Assembly (NCBI GenBank): GCA_951406725.2
Contig: OX597814.1
Location: 99,448,001-99,512,000 of the forward strand
From: Octopus vulgaris
Taxonomy: Eukaryota
DNA: 64,000 nucleotides
Reading direction: 5' to 3'
Shown: piece after piece, positions 14,725 through 26,880 of the stretch
Layout of the letters: every line of letters starts with the position of its first letter
Position numbering within the stretch: position 1 is the stretch's first letter
The notes under the pieces: model-generated
Databases searched by the model: none
Told to the model about the DNA's origin: nothing
The model's input: only the letters and a program-made list of their open reading frames with translations
Made by a program: the position numbers and the translations under genes

Positions 14725-14935
14725 AACATCCCTCAAATCACACATTGCCATCTTAAGAAAGGTTAATATAATGCTAGATAAGCTATAGTTTAACCTTAGA
14801 TGGGAATTCACAGAAAAACACATTGGAGAATATATAAAATGACGGGATGGCCACATCCGGAATACCTTTAATGATAGGACTTCTCGAACATGGTTAAGGT
14901 GGGGCTAAACAACAACAATAACAACAACAACAATA
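14725..14935 (+). mobile_element. Probable 3' part of an old SINE with an (AAC)n tail
   Basis: Ends ggggctaaacaacaacaataacaacaac; family assignment from recall only. Confidence 0.4.
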
Positions 14936-15708
14936 GAACCCTACTACTAACAAACACTATATTTTCGTCCAAGATGACAGACACACTATTTTCATTAAAG
15001 AGGCTGAACAATAGGTTATGGTTGTGTTTTAGTGGGACTGACTTGCATTCATCTAAATATAAATATTTTAATGTTAATTTTCTATCGAATGCGAAGAAAT
15101 GGTAAAGCTAATACCAGTTTTATATAAATTTCATATAATGACCGTCCTAAATAAACAAACATTCTGGCTTCATTTAACTTGGTTGTTATCGGGACTTTAG
15201 ATATTCTCTTACTTTATGCTTATTTTACTTTTCATATGTGCGGTGATATCCGAATGAATCATCCAGGGATGAAGCCTTAGTATTAAGTGTACAAGAGATA
15301 CTGTCATGTACCTTTCAACTTAAGAATTAGTTCGACCTGTCTGCATGTATACGTGTACTTTAATTATCCATATATTTTCCTACCCATGTGTTCTTTATGC
15401 CAAACTATCGGGATTCGGTGCTTCAGAGATTGTAGTCAGTTGAGATTCAGTCACTTCAGACGGAAATAGACTTAAGAAACTTTACCGAAAATGTATCATA
15501 TCACACTAGCAAGACAACCAAATAAAATTTTAAAATTGCTTCTGACAAAGAGAGGAAAGATTCATATCTAGACTTTGTTGAAATTAATTAAATTTATCAG
15601 CACGAAGGCAATTAATAACGATTTTTGAGTAAAAGCTCTATCTTAAAACGGAGTATTATAAATTAAATTGCACAGATCTTAATATATATCTGAATTGTAT
15701 TACATCAA

Positions 15709-15850
15709 GTGAAGACGCGTGGCTTAGTAGTTAGGGTGTCGAAATCATGATGGTAAGATTGTGGTTTCGATTCCTGGACCGGGAGCTGCGTTGGATTCAT
15801 GAGCAAAATAATTCATTTAAAGTTGGTCTAGTCAACTTGCTGGCAAAAAT
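15709..15850 (+). mobile_element. Degenerate tRNA-derived SINE head
   Basis: A-box-like tggcttagtagtt and B-box-like ggtttcgattcc; resembles the head of 18527-18909. Confidence 0.6.
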
Positions 15851-15900
15851 AGCATGTACTTACACAAACACGCACACACACACACACACGCGCGCGCGCG

Positions 15901-15953
<53 letters not shown>

Positions 15954-16584
15954 AAACACACACATACATGATATATGTGTATATATATAATGGCAAAGGC
16001 GGTCCCCAGAGGATGGCAAGAAATATGCGTTGGAACAGTCACTCTGACCCACGAAGATAGCATTTGCGGACAGCCATCTACGCCCCGATAGCGGTGAACA
16101 GGGATATGGTCCGGGGGCCAAGAACATCGGAGGTCTCTACTACCACAGGCTTGACCATAAACCTGTCAGAGAGCGACCGCTACCGTGACAGTTTGCTTTA
16201 ATCAGCCTGTCGACCAGTGGAGCCTGGATTGGTAGCTGACCACACCAAGTTGCCGCCAGAGACGGTATCACAGCATGTGTCATCTGCGATGAGGGGCCGG
16301 CCGCTACGGAACAGGAAAAAAATCTACGAATTTGTAACTTATATTTGTTGTTGCATACTTCCCAGCCCAGAATATAACTGTCCAACCCACATAAAGGCTA
16401 CGCAGTTATGGAGAAATCTGTAATATAACGAAAAATTGGACCACAGCTATAATTTTAATGCAACATGTTTAACACAAAAATGTATATGTTTGTACGTGTG
16501 TGTTTGTGTGAGGGAATGTGTTTTGTATGTGTGTGTGCATATATGTACAGGCACATATGTGTGTGTGTACTTATAGGTTTGAAC

Positions 16585-16905
16585 ATAGGTGCAGGTGCGG
16601 CTGTATGGTAAGAAGTTTACTGCCCAACAGCATGGTGCTAGGTCCAGTTTGGCATATTGGACAAGTGTTCTCTACTAAGCACGTCGCATATATGTATCCA
16701 TCCATCCATTCATCCATCCATCCATATATACATACATACATACATACATACATACATACATACATACATACATACATACATGTGCGCGCACACACATACA
16801 TATACACACACACATATACATATACGTAGACAAACGGGTGTTCTGTTGCCCCGTTAGGTAGCGGTTCGGCAAATGCTACCGACAGAATTAGTACCATTCT
16901 TAACA
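16585..16905 (+). mobile_element. SINE family A, diverged and internally deleted
   Basis: aggtgcaggtgcggctgtatggtaag head; tagcggttcggcaaa...accgacagaattagtac tail. Confidence 0.7.
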
Positions 16906-16987
16906 ATAATACTTTGAAAATGTTAAGTGTTTCCTATTTTGCTCAGAGTAATACGTTCCCTACTAAAATAATATTAGTGATAAGTTT

Positions 16988-17180
16988 AAAGCGGCGAGCT
17001 GTCAGAACGGATAGAGCACTAAGCAAAATGTTTAGAGGCATTTCGTCCGACTTTACGGCGTAAGTTCAAATTCCACGTAAATCGACTTTACGTATGATCC
17101 TTTCGGGGGCTGAAAATTGTTTAACTTTTACCTCCTCATCCAAAATTGTTTGCTTTGTACCAAAATCTGAAGCGAATATT
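16988..17180 (+). mobile_element. SINE family B, diverged
   Basis: gcggcgagctgtcagaac...agttcaaattcc...atcctttcgggg. Confidence 0.7.
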
Positions 17181-17284
17181 AGGGAGAGCTTTTGCTTTCG
17201 ATTTTACACCGTTATTTATGACTTGACGTAAAGATTTTATGACAATAAATTACAAATCGTAAGGTGAAAGATGTGACAGGTATA

Positions 17285-17505
17285 CTCTTCTCTTTACTCT
17301 TTTACTTATTTCAGTCACTTGACTACGGCCATGCTGGAGCACCGTCTTTAGTCGAGCAACACGACCCCAGGACTTATTCTTTGTAAGCCCAGTACTTATT
17401 CTATCGGTCTCTTTTGCCGAACCGCTAGGTGACGGAGACATAAACACACCAGCATCGGTTGTCAAGCAATGCTAGGGGGACAAACACGGACACACAAACA
17501 CAACG

Positions 17506-17543
<38 letters not shown>

Positions 17544-17718
17544 TACGACGGGCTTCTTTCAGTTTCCGTCTACCAAATCCTCTCACAAGGCTTTAGTCGG
17601 CCTGTCGGCCCGAGGCTATAGTACAAGACACTTGCCCAATGTGCCACGCAGTGGGACCGAACTCGGAACCATGTGGTTGGTAAGCAAGCTACTTACCACA
17701 CAGCCACTCCTTCGCCTA
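17285..17718 (-). mobile_element. SINE family A, well-preserved full-length copy
   Basis: High similarity to 11420-11941 and to the reverse complement of 40219-40620. Confidence 0.9.
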
Positions 17719-17782
17719 TGAGTATATAAGAAAAAAAATATAGTTTTCAAGGATGTCCGATTTAAAACTTCACCTTCTAAAT

Positions 17783-17938
17783 TTACATTTTCTCAATTAA
17801 TAGACGCCTTAGAAAAGATGCCTTGTCAAAAATATTTTGTATTTCATGTCTCCCCAGTAACCGTGCCCCAGTGGTATAGTCTCCAGGAAAACCGCTGGTT
17901 TTCCGCAGATGCTGCTCGCGAATATCAGCACCCAGAAT
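17783..17938 (-). CDS. Candidate terminal or cassette coding exon (ILGADIREQHLRKTSGFPGDYTTGARLLGRHEIQNIFDKASFLRRLLIEKM*), unidentified
   Basis: Unique GC-richer island; acceptor gttatgttatcAG; 51 open codons in phase 0; no homology recognised. Confidence 0.25.
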   Translation of the reverse strand: MLGADIREQHLRKTSGFPGDYTTGARLLGRHEIQNIFDKASFLRRLLIEKM

Positions 17939-18526
17939 CTGATAACATAACACATGATATTAAATATTAAGATAAACGTGTTTTCATTAGAATTAAAGAA
18001 GTCATAATCATAAAGCGCTGCCAAATATTATTTATTGTTGATTATCTGTTAATTCAATACTAAAATGTTAGACTACTGGCGTATCATATGATTAAAGATA
18101 ACATTCGACGCTAGCTTAGAGTAAAAAGAGAAAATAAACATCGTCTGGAGATGCCAACATTGACTAAATTATTTCGACGGTTGTATCGATCAATCACACA
18201 AAATCAATTATTTTATATTTTCCTCCTTTTGTATGAATTTTTCTTTTGTAATACGATGAATAGCTAATTAATTATTCTATTCATATGCTTCTAAAATGAA
18301 TATGTAATATTTCATTATGTGCTATTATATGGTGAAGGACGAAACATAACGTACGACCCAACGAATATTTATATTAACAAACTCATAAAAAAAAACCCCG
18401 CTCAGTTAAAGCTTATATGAATATATAGACATTAGAATATTTATTCATACATAAACATCTAAATACATACACAACGCCACACATAAATTTGTTGTGTGTA
18501 TTTATTCTGTTCATGTATGTATATAC

Positions 18527-18909
18527 GGGAAGCACTCCGTCGGTTACGACGACGAGGGTTCCGGTTGATCCGATCAACGGAACAGCCTGCTCGTGAAATT
18601 AGCGTGTAAGTGGCTGAGCACTCCACAGACACGTGTACCCTTAACGTAGTTCTCGGGGATATTCAGCGTGACACAGAGAGTGACAAGGCCGGCCCTTTGA
18701 AATACAGGTACAACAGAAACAAGAAGTAAGAGTGAGAGAAAGTTGTGGTGAAAGAGTACAGCAGGGATCACCACCATCCCTGCCGGAGCCTCGTGGAGCT
18801 TTAGGTGTTTTCGCTCAATAAACACTCACAACGCCCGGTCTGGGAATCGAAACCGCGATCCTACGACCGCGAGTCCGCTGCCCTAACCACTGGGCCATTG
18901 CGCCTCCAC
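18527..18909 (-). mobile_element. tRNA-derived SINE family C, intact-looking
   Basis: A box tggcccagtgg and B box ggtttcgattccc on the minus strand; flanked by the 12-bp direct repeat tgtatgtatata (18514-18525, 18910-18921), a probable TSD. Confidence 0.85.
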
Positions 18910-18954
18910 TGTATGTATATATGATTATGTATGCATACACACATACATACAATT

Positions 18955-19066
18955 CAAATTTACAGAAAAACAAATGACGAAGACAGGTATGAGAACAACA
19001 AGCCAGTATATTAGTTTGACGCTCGGGAGAAATGGAAAAGTATTTTACGTTTCGAGCCTACGCTCA
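18955..19066 (-). mobile_element. Penelope-type pseudo-LTR fragment with the 3' half of an HHR-like motif
   Basis: Reverse complement of the 10306-10430 family (gagcgtaggctcgaaacgtaaaa). Confidence 0.6.
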
Positions 19067-19733
19067 CCGAAAGAAAGAAATAAGAGGGAAATATTGAAAA
19101 ATTAAAACTGAGTGAGATAAAAACAGTGTAGAGTTCAGCAGTCCAGCATGGCATGTATATAATATAAACTATCATACATGTATATATAAGCATATATATA
19201 CATATATATATACATGTATGTATGCGCATATTATATATATGTATATATATTACGCGCTTATGTACTTAAGAAGTTCACTTCATATACTTCATATATGTTG
19301 TATACGCGCTCACATGTATATATATATGTCTATGTGTGTACGTACACGCATATGTGTGTGTACGAATACATACATGCGTGTTTTTGTATGTGCGTGTATG
19401 TGTGTGTGTATATGTGTGTGCTCGTACATTATATATATACAAGGTGCATTCCAGAATTTTAGAGATTTGTTAGGAGAGACATATATTCCTTTCTATTATA
19501 AGCACAAGGCTTGAAAATTCAGGAAGGGTCCAGTCGATCAGATCGACCCAGAAAGAAAGGAATAAGAGGTATAAGATTGAAAAAAATAAAACTGAGTGAG
19601 AAAAAACAGTGTAGAGTTTAGCGGTCCAACACGGCATGTATATAATATACACATACATGCATATATAAGAATTTTTTGCGCAATGAGATAAAGACCAAGG
19701 CTGTATAGGTATTAGGGCATTTATAGATAGAAG

Positions 19734-19785
19734 GTCTTACGGCTGTTTCTAGGATATTTATTAATAATATCCCTTCATCGGAGAC
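19734..19785 (-). ncRNA. Hammerhead ribozyme-like motif (U4C variant) in a Penelope-type terminal repeat
   Basis: gucu-CCGAUGA-agggauauu...aauauccua-GAAAC-agcc-GUA-agac. Confidence 0.55.
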
Positions 19786-19837
19786 GGTGTGAGAGGAAAA
19801 GTCATAGTTTCGATGTGATACAAATAGAGAGTGACTG

Positions 19838-19932
19838 TAACTTAATTTATTGACCCCGTAAAGATGAAAGTCGATCTCGGCGGAATTTGAACTCAGAACG
19901 TAGCGGCGGACGAAATAACATTAAGCATTTCC
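19838..19932 (-). mobile_element. SINE family B fragment
   Basis: gtcgatctcggcggaatttgaactcagaacgta. Confidence 0.75.
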
Positions 19933-21270
19933 TTAATTTGGAATTCCTGAGTTCGTGGATGTTGAGTTGTAGGGCACGTTTAAAGCCTATATCAATTAAT
20001 GATGGCGAGTAGTTCTTGTTACTGAGTGTATCCTGTAGTTCATGTAATCGTCTGTCCCTGATGCTTGCATTAGAAACTATAGTACAAATCCTTTTTGCTA
20101 GGTTGAAAGGGATAATCATTCTAGTGTGTCTGGGATGGCATGAGTTGAACGGTAGATTTTGCTTGGAGTCCATGGGCTTATAGTATATATATATCTGTTT
20201 CTATTCGGTTGTTAGATTTCTTAATGGGGATGTCGAAGAATGGAAGTTGTTGATGGCTATATTCCATCGTAAATTGAATGTTTACGTCAAGTCCATTCAT
20301 AAGTACTTGAAATTCTTTAAGCCTCTCTATACTTTCATGCCAAAGAATGAAACAGTCATTCAGGTATCTCTTCCAGTTATTTTCTATGTAGAGGGTGAAT
20401 GCTTTGCCGTATTTTTCTAGTACCATAGGATAAAGACCGATTTCTAGATATCCCATGACTAGGTTAGCAAAGTGGGGGGGAGCATTCTCGTACCCATCGC
20501 AGTCCCCGATAGAAGTTGCCTTTCAAGACAAAGTAGTTTTTCTCTAAGATGAATTTTAACCCTTCTATTACGAATTCGTTTTTGATGCGATGTGGGAGTT
20601 CATTGGAGTAATTCTCTAGCCAGAATTGAATTGCCTTTATTCCTAGGTTGTGTGTGTGTGTGTATGGGGGGTATTAGAATAGAGGTTGACTACATCGAAG
20701 GATACTAGTAGGGTGTTTTTGTTTAGTGTTTTAGGGAGGTGATTGAGCGTATCTAGGTCGTCCATTATGTAGCTTTTGATATACTTGAGGAATGGCATTA
20801 AGATGGTATATAAAAGTTACTGATGCGGTGGATTCGCATGCGAGACCTACTATTATAAGTCTTAATCTGAGGTCATTGGGAGTAGGGACCTTGATTACTA
20901 TGTCTGTGGCCATCCTGCATGCGTTACTTATTTTCTCACTTTTGTGTACCTTGGGAATACCGTAGAAGTGACTGGATTTACTTTTGAAGTTGGACGTATA
21001 ATCGTATTCCTTGTCGGTGAGCCCTTTACTGTATAGGTTTAACATGGATTTTAGGTTTCTCGTTATTTTCTACTAACTGTAGTGTTGGACCATTTCATCA
21101 TATGTTGTGTCTTCTAATATGGATTGTACTAGAGTTATATAGTATACCGTGTCCATTAAGACAACTGCGCTACATGTATCAACCTTTTTGATTGCTATTG
21201 TCTTATCATCTTTTGATTTGTTCAGCTCAGCCCATTTTTTTTGTTTTGCTGAAGTTTGGCTTGTGCTTCG
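19933..21270 (-). mobile_element. Penelope-like element (Neptune-like) reverse transcriptase remnant
   Basis: FYGIPKVHKS, LVSFDVVNLYSN, GTAMGTRM..FANLVMGYLE, WKRYLNDCFILW, IQFTME..LPFFD, FNSCHPRH..IPFNLAKRICTIVS; frameshifted. Confidence 0.9.
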
Positions 21271-21271
21271 G

Positions 21272-21735
21272 AGAACCTAAAATATGTATTAACTTGCTCT
21301 GGGTGCCGAAAGCAATGCATAAGCCAAATTAAAAACAGTCTACGTCAAAGGATGGCTCTACATAGATCCCAGATCAAAATTCGGGAATACAGAAAAAATA
21401 GCATTCAGCGAACACATAGACATTTGCGCCAATAACAAACAACCCAGCTTCAGAAATTTTTCCCCTCTATAAATTCAGGGACAGTGCAACCTGTTGTCAG
21501 CGCATTAGTAAAGAGTTATATTTTATCACAAAATATAAACCTCTTTTGAATGTGACCACCTTAGAATAATACCCACGCAAATACTAAAAACGATATATCT
21601 AGAACAGTCACTACCCATGAATTTATTCAGAACAATTCCAATCGCTACTATTACAACCACAACGGGCCACTTTTAAGTCACTTGACCATTTAAGAGTATA
21701 CCGCCAGCATCCTACAACCGTCATACCACTCACGT
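21272..21735 (+). mobile_element. Penelope-like GIY-YIG endonuclease remnant plus 3' UTR, opposite in orientation to the adjacent RT
   Basis: NLKYVLTCSGCRKQCISQ..LRQRMALHRSQI..SEHIDIC..IFPLYK..KELYFITKYKPLLN. Confidence 0.8.
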
Positions 21736-21737
21736 AT

Positions 21738-21880
21738 TCTTCTTCTTCTTCTTCTTCTTCTTCTTCTTCTTCTTCTTCTTCTTCTTCTTCTTCTTCTTCT
21801 TCTTCTTCTTCTTCTTCTTCTTCTTCGTCTTCTTCTTCTTCTTCTTCTTCTTCTTCTTCTTCTTTTTCTTCTTCTTCTTC
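21738..21880. repeat. (CTT)n microsatellite
   Basis: Directly visible. Confidence 0.95.
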
Positions 21881-22385
21881 TCCTACTCCTTTCTCAACTA
21901 CTACTGCTGCTTAAACAATCAAAAACAAGAACTCATATCAAATATTAGGACCACTTCTACTACTACCTGCTACCAAGACGACACATGAGTAAAAAAGAGA
22001 GATGAGACAGACAGAAAAAAGGAAAATGTCCCTTGCATTTGAAAACTACGGAAATATTAAAAAAAAACATTTCACTTAATTTTTCTACAATTGAATTGTT
22101 TTTCCTGCTTTACTCCAAGTGCAAAAAGTCGCAAAGACCGAAATCGGTACTACAATGTTCTTCATGATAAAATTATTTTAGCATTTTCTACCTCGTCTTA
22201 TTTTCTTTATACTTATCAACTCGGGTGTTCCTTTTCCACCTTCTACACACACACACACACACTCATATTATATATACACCTATATATATACACTTATACA
22301 TGGGTGTATACAATTCATACATATGTGAAAGTACACACATAAACATACACACGCACACACATATAGATATGAGATGTATTAGTGC

Positions 22386-22476
<91 letters not shown>

Positions 22477-23357
22477 TTATGTATGCTACACTGAGTTATT
22501 GACTTCGCTGTTTTCCTTCGCGATTAAACGTTGAAGTGTCTGAAGCACTTAAAAAGCAACAACGCCATCATCAATATCAACCACAAGGACAACCGAATAT
22601 GAACAATAGAGAATTAATTACGTATTATTGTTTAAAATAATGTATTAGTGTAGTGATAACTATGAACTGAGAAAAGGTGCAATAGTGATTAATGTAATGA
22701 ATCACTTGGAAGTGATGTTAATGCATGTTTAACATTGTATTGATTTGAGTTCACTTCCGAGTACTTACAGTAAGTAAATCGACTGCATGAATTCTGTGTT
22801 TTACAGCTTGATGATTTCTTCCCACGGAACATTCTCATGAGTGAATCATGTGCAAAGTTTCAGCAATCACATACAATAACTACTTACTTTATCACAGCTA
22901 AAATGTAAAGAATATTTAGATATGTCTTAGACGGAACTGGTTAAAGTGATAAAAAAAAAATGGCGCCCTGTATTTAGTTAGCATTCAGGTGTGATAATTT
23001 CAGATCGATAAAATTCTGAATAACAATTACGAAACTGAATAAAAGCGGTGTGTGATTTGAATAAGAAAAAAAATATTTCTGAACCAGAAGAATGAGGACG
23101 GGGCATAAGGAAGGTATAAACCCCACAAAAAATTATGTTCTTTTTACGTTGGAGAAATATTTATATTGGTGTGGGCAATAAAGTGAATGTGATTTCTTTT
23201 AGTATAAATATGAATTCATTATGTGCACTTAGTGTCGAAATACATATCAATAATCAGTAATGTTATAACCAGGGACTTAAACCCCATGACTAACCGGAAG
23301 ACATCTAACTACATGAAAGCTGTCCCTTTCTTTCTTTCTTTCTCCCTCCCACTCTAC

Positions 23358-23433
<76 letters not shown>

Positions 23434-23499
23434 CTGTCTGTCTGTCTGTCTGTCTATAATGGTCATATGCATGTATATGCATATATACGCATTGAGTCG

Positions 23500-23650
23500 A
23501 TCCAGGGACAGCTGATGAAGGGGAATATTCCTTGTATTGTTTGTCTTGTACTCTAGTTTTTCGTTGTTAAAAAAGTCCGTTTCCTAGTTGTTTTTATGTT
23601 TTCGTTTCTCGTTGTGTTCTACGTTTATTTGTGGTGTCCTGTACTCATAT
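23500..23650 (+). mobile_element. Probable Penelope-type terminal-repeat fragment
   Basis: cagCTGATGAaggggaatattcc followed by a T-rich tail ending at a TA run; no GAAA half. Confidence 0.4.
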
Positions 23651-23736
23651 ATATATACATATACATGTACTCATATACATGTAGATGTAGGTACGTACAT
23701 ATATGTATGTATGTATGCATATATTTTATTTATTAC

Positions 23737-23780
<44 letters not shown>

Positions 23781-24445
23781 TATATACATATGTATGTTTG
23801 TATATTCATATAGTTTTGCTGGTCTTTCCCTGTATTGCCAACAAATTTAAAAGTGATCTCCAAATATGATTCAAAAATGAAGTTTTTCTGGAAAGAGCCA
23901 TTCTTTGTGGATGCTGATGAAGTCAATTGAAGTGTACATTCCAGTTTTGTTCATTTTTAATTGCAGGTCGTTCCCGATGAAGTGCGTCTATATTCTTTGT
24001 TCTATACGTCACCGACCCGTCCTTTTATGTCTAAGCGATTCAAAATATCCTTATTTTAAAGGCAAAGATATATAATCACATGCAAAATGCTAAAATATAT
24101 CGCCAGCATTTTACATGAAGTGATTCTACTATATCTACCGATCGCGTCGAGGTTATGTTTGTCTTAAGCAATAACTTTATAATCATTTTTGAAATATAGT
24201 ATTGCAGATTCTATTGGGAATATTAATATTGACTGAGCAGTGTCGCACTACGTAGCAGCCGCTAAAATTCTGTTTTACTCCTAGCACAATCTACGTAGTA
24301 TGTAGAGAAAGGAGAATTTGTGCTATTAAAGACAGAGAATGAAAACCATGGGTCCGGAGACTGAGGTTGCAATGGGTGCGAGCTCACTTTTTAAAAACTG
24401 CTTGCGAGTATAGGATCAAAATTTGTAATTTGCATGCTCACTTAC

Positions 24446-24469
24446 TTTTCTTAGCGCTTAGAAAGCGAT
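24446..24469 (-). other. Candidate 24-nt microexon (phase 1: xRFLSAKK)
   Basis: Acceptor ctatgttttacAG, donor GTAAGT, length divisible by 3, open only in phase 1. Confidence 0.3.
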
Positions 24470-24734
24470 CTGTAAAACATAGCTTGAAATTAGTTTTCTT
24501 CTCAAATAATAAAGGACATAAACACAGAAAGCAATGAGACCTTGTTTGTTAAACATTTTGAACCTAGGTTTGTATCCCCTAAGCAAATTTCGTTCCTAAG
24601 CCATTGATGAAAACAGAGCAGAACAAACTTGATTTAAAAGATAAAACTTAGCTACGCTATACTAATAGGAACCACTAAAGACAAAGCATGAAATATTAGT
24701 TGATCACTTCAATTACTTTTAAGGCGAATAACAA

Positions 24735-24950
24735 TATTGGTTTCAAATTTAAGCACAATATCACCGGTTTTGAGGGGAGGGGAGGGGAGGTCCATACCGT
24801 CGACCTAAACACTTGACTGGCACTTTGTTTTATCAACTTTGAAATGTAAAATATGACTTGGGTGGGTTTGAACTCCGAACTTAAAGGAACGGAACATGAA
24901 TAGTGCGAAGCACTTTTCTCGAAGCCCTGACAGTTCTGCCAATTACCTCC
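24735..24950 (-). mobile_element. SINE family B, diverged
   Basis: gactggcactttgttttatc...tttgaactccgaac...gttctgcca. Confidence 0.6.
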
Positions 24951-24984
24951 ATCCCAATTCACCTCCATAAAGTTTCTATCATAT

Positions 24985-25460
24985 ATAGGCACAGGTGTGG
25001 TTGTGTGGTTTGAAGTTTGCTTCCCAAGCAGATGATTCTGGGTTCAGTCCCACAGCATAGCACCTTGGGAAAGTAACTACTATAACCCCGGGACGACCAA
25101 AGCATCGTGAGTGGATTTGGTAGATTGGAACTGAAAGAATTCTGTCGTATATATGTGTGTTTATGTGTGTGTGTGCATGTGTGTGATATATGTGTATGTA
25201 TGTGATGTGTGTGCATGTGAACTGTGTGTGTATGTATGTTCGTGCATTAGTGTCTTTGTGCCTACATTTTCCCCACACATACCGCTCGACAACCGGCGTT
25301 GTTTTGTTTAGGTCTCCGTAAATTAGCAGCTAGACAAAAGAAACCGATAAAATAAATACTGAGGTCAAATCGTTCGATTAAAAATTCTTCAATGCGGTGC
25401 CCCAGCACGACCGCACAGTCTAATGGCAGGCTGAAACAAGTAACAGATAAAAGATTAAAG
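24985..25460 (+). mobile_element. SINE family A, diverged full-length copy
   Basis: aggcacaggtgtggttgtgtgg...ggttcagtcccac...gagtggatttggtaga...ctgaaacaagtaacagataaaaga. Confidence 0.85.
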
Positions 25461-26060
25461 ATAATCCCAACGCAAATGATGATCTGGCCCAATGATTTCG
25501 AAATACAAGGCCCACCCAAACATTACAATAGTGCAGACATTAGAGAGAACGGTTTAGCTTATTTTAACTTTGATACCTTATGATTTCCTGTTCACTTGTA
25601 GCTCAGGTTGGTGGAATACATTGTTATAACCACTTTATAATACAGCCATCCTCATTTGCTGTAAATGGTCTCCCTTTGCTTAAAATAGTCTCTAGCTACA
25701 CATTTATACGAAACATTCTTTACGCAAATTTTAGATTTAGTTTACGTCAGTACGTTAATAAGGTTATCGAGGAAAAGAGAAATATGCCTCTATCAGAAAC
25801 CTATCTTCTAGCGAAATCGATGAATATATGTGAATATTAGAAACTAATACTCTTCGTATTTCTTGTCATATTCTTTATAAATCTCAACCCATTCAGCTTC
25901 ATAATATTCTACTTCTCACTTAATGTCTGTCTGTGTGTTGCATTGACTTTTTTTATGTTATATTATATGCCTGCTAATGTGTCACCCCCTCTTCTTTTCA
26001 GTACTATCATCGTAAAACTGTTTTATAATCGTGTATGTGTATGTATGAATGTATGTATGT

Positions 26061-26123
<63 letters not shown>

Positions 26124-26794
26124 TGCGTTTATGCATATATATGCATGTATATATATGTATGAATACATATCTATCTATACACATATAATATGTGTGTGTA
26201 TGTATACACATAGACATGAATGCATACATATATTCCCACACATATTGCAACAATAAACACTTTATATTTCCTCCCAATTTTCTCAATTCCCTGCTCATAA
26301 AGCATAATTTTCTGTAGAGAAAGGATATAAAGATGGAAAAGGAGAACAAATTCAGTTAAATAGACAGAAGATTTTACATTGAATCACTGCTTCAAATAAA
26401 ACTGTTGGCCAAATATAATCTGCTGACACATTCATTGAAATAATTCGAGTAAATATCTTTGCTAATTAAGTTTACATCGCAAGCTTTGTGAAGAGGATAA
26501 CAAAACAGGTGATAGTGAGTAGAAATAAAATGAAATGAATAAACGAATAAACTTATCATCAAAACAAAAGAAAACAAATAAACAAACAAACAAAAAAGCA
26601 ATACACTATATCTGCTTTTTCTCTTCCCTTTTAAAAATACAATTATTTTAGCAGCCATCTTCCTGACGATCATAATCATCATCATCATCAGCAGCAGCAG
26701 TAACAGTAACATGATGCCATGCTTCACAGGGAGATATTGCTGATGTTCATACTGTTTTAATGATATTCAAGACTGAAATGAAATATTTATTATC

Positions 26795-26796
<2 letters not shown>

Positions 26797-26880
<84 letters not shown>

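Noticed and set aside
18830-18909. tRNA gene
   Set aside because: A and B boxes are present, but the sequence continues into a SINE body with a TSD; no convincing cloverleaf or terminator.
22769-22897. 10- and 14-nt minus-strand microexon candidates
   Set aside because: Lengths are not individually frame-preserving, and such motifs are expected by chance in AT-rich DNA.
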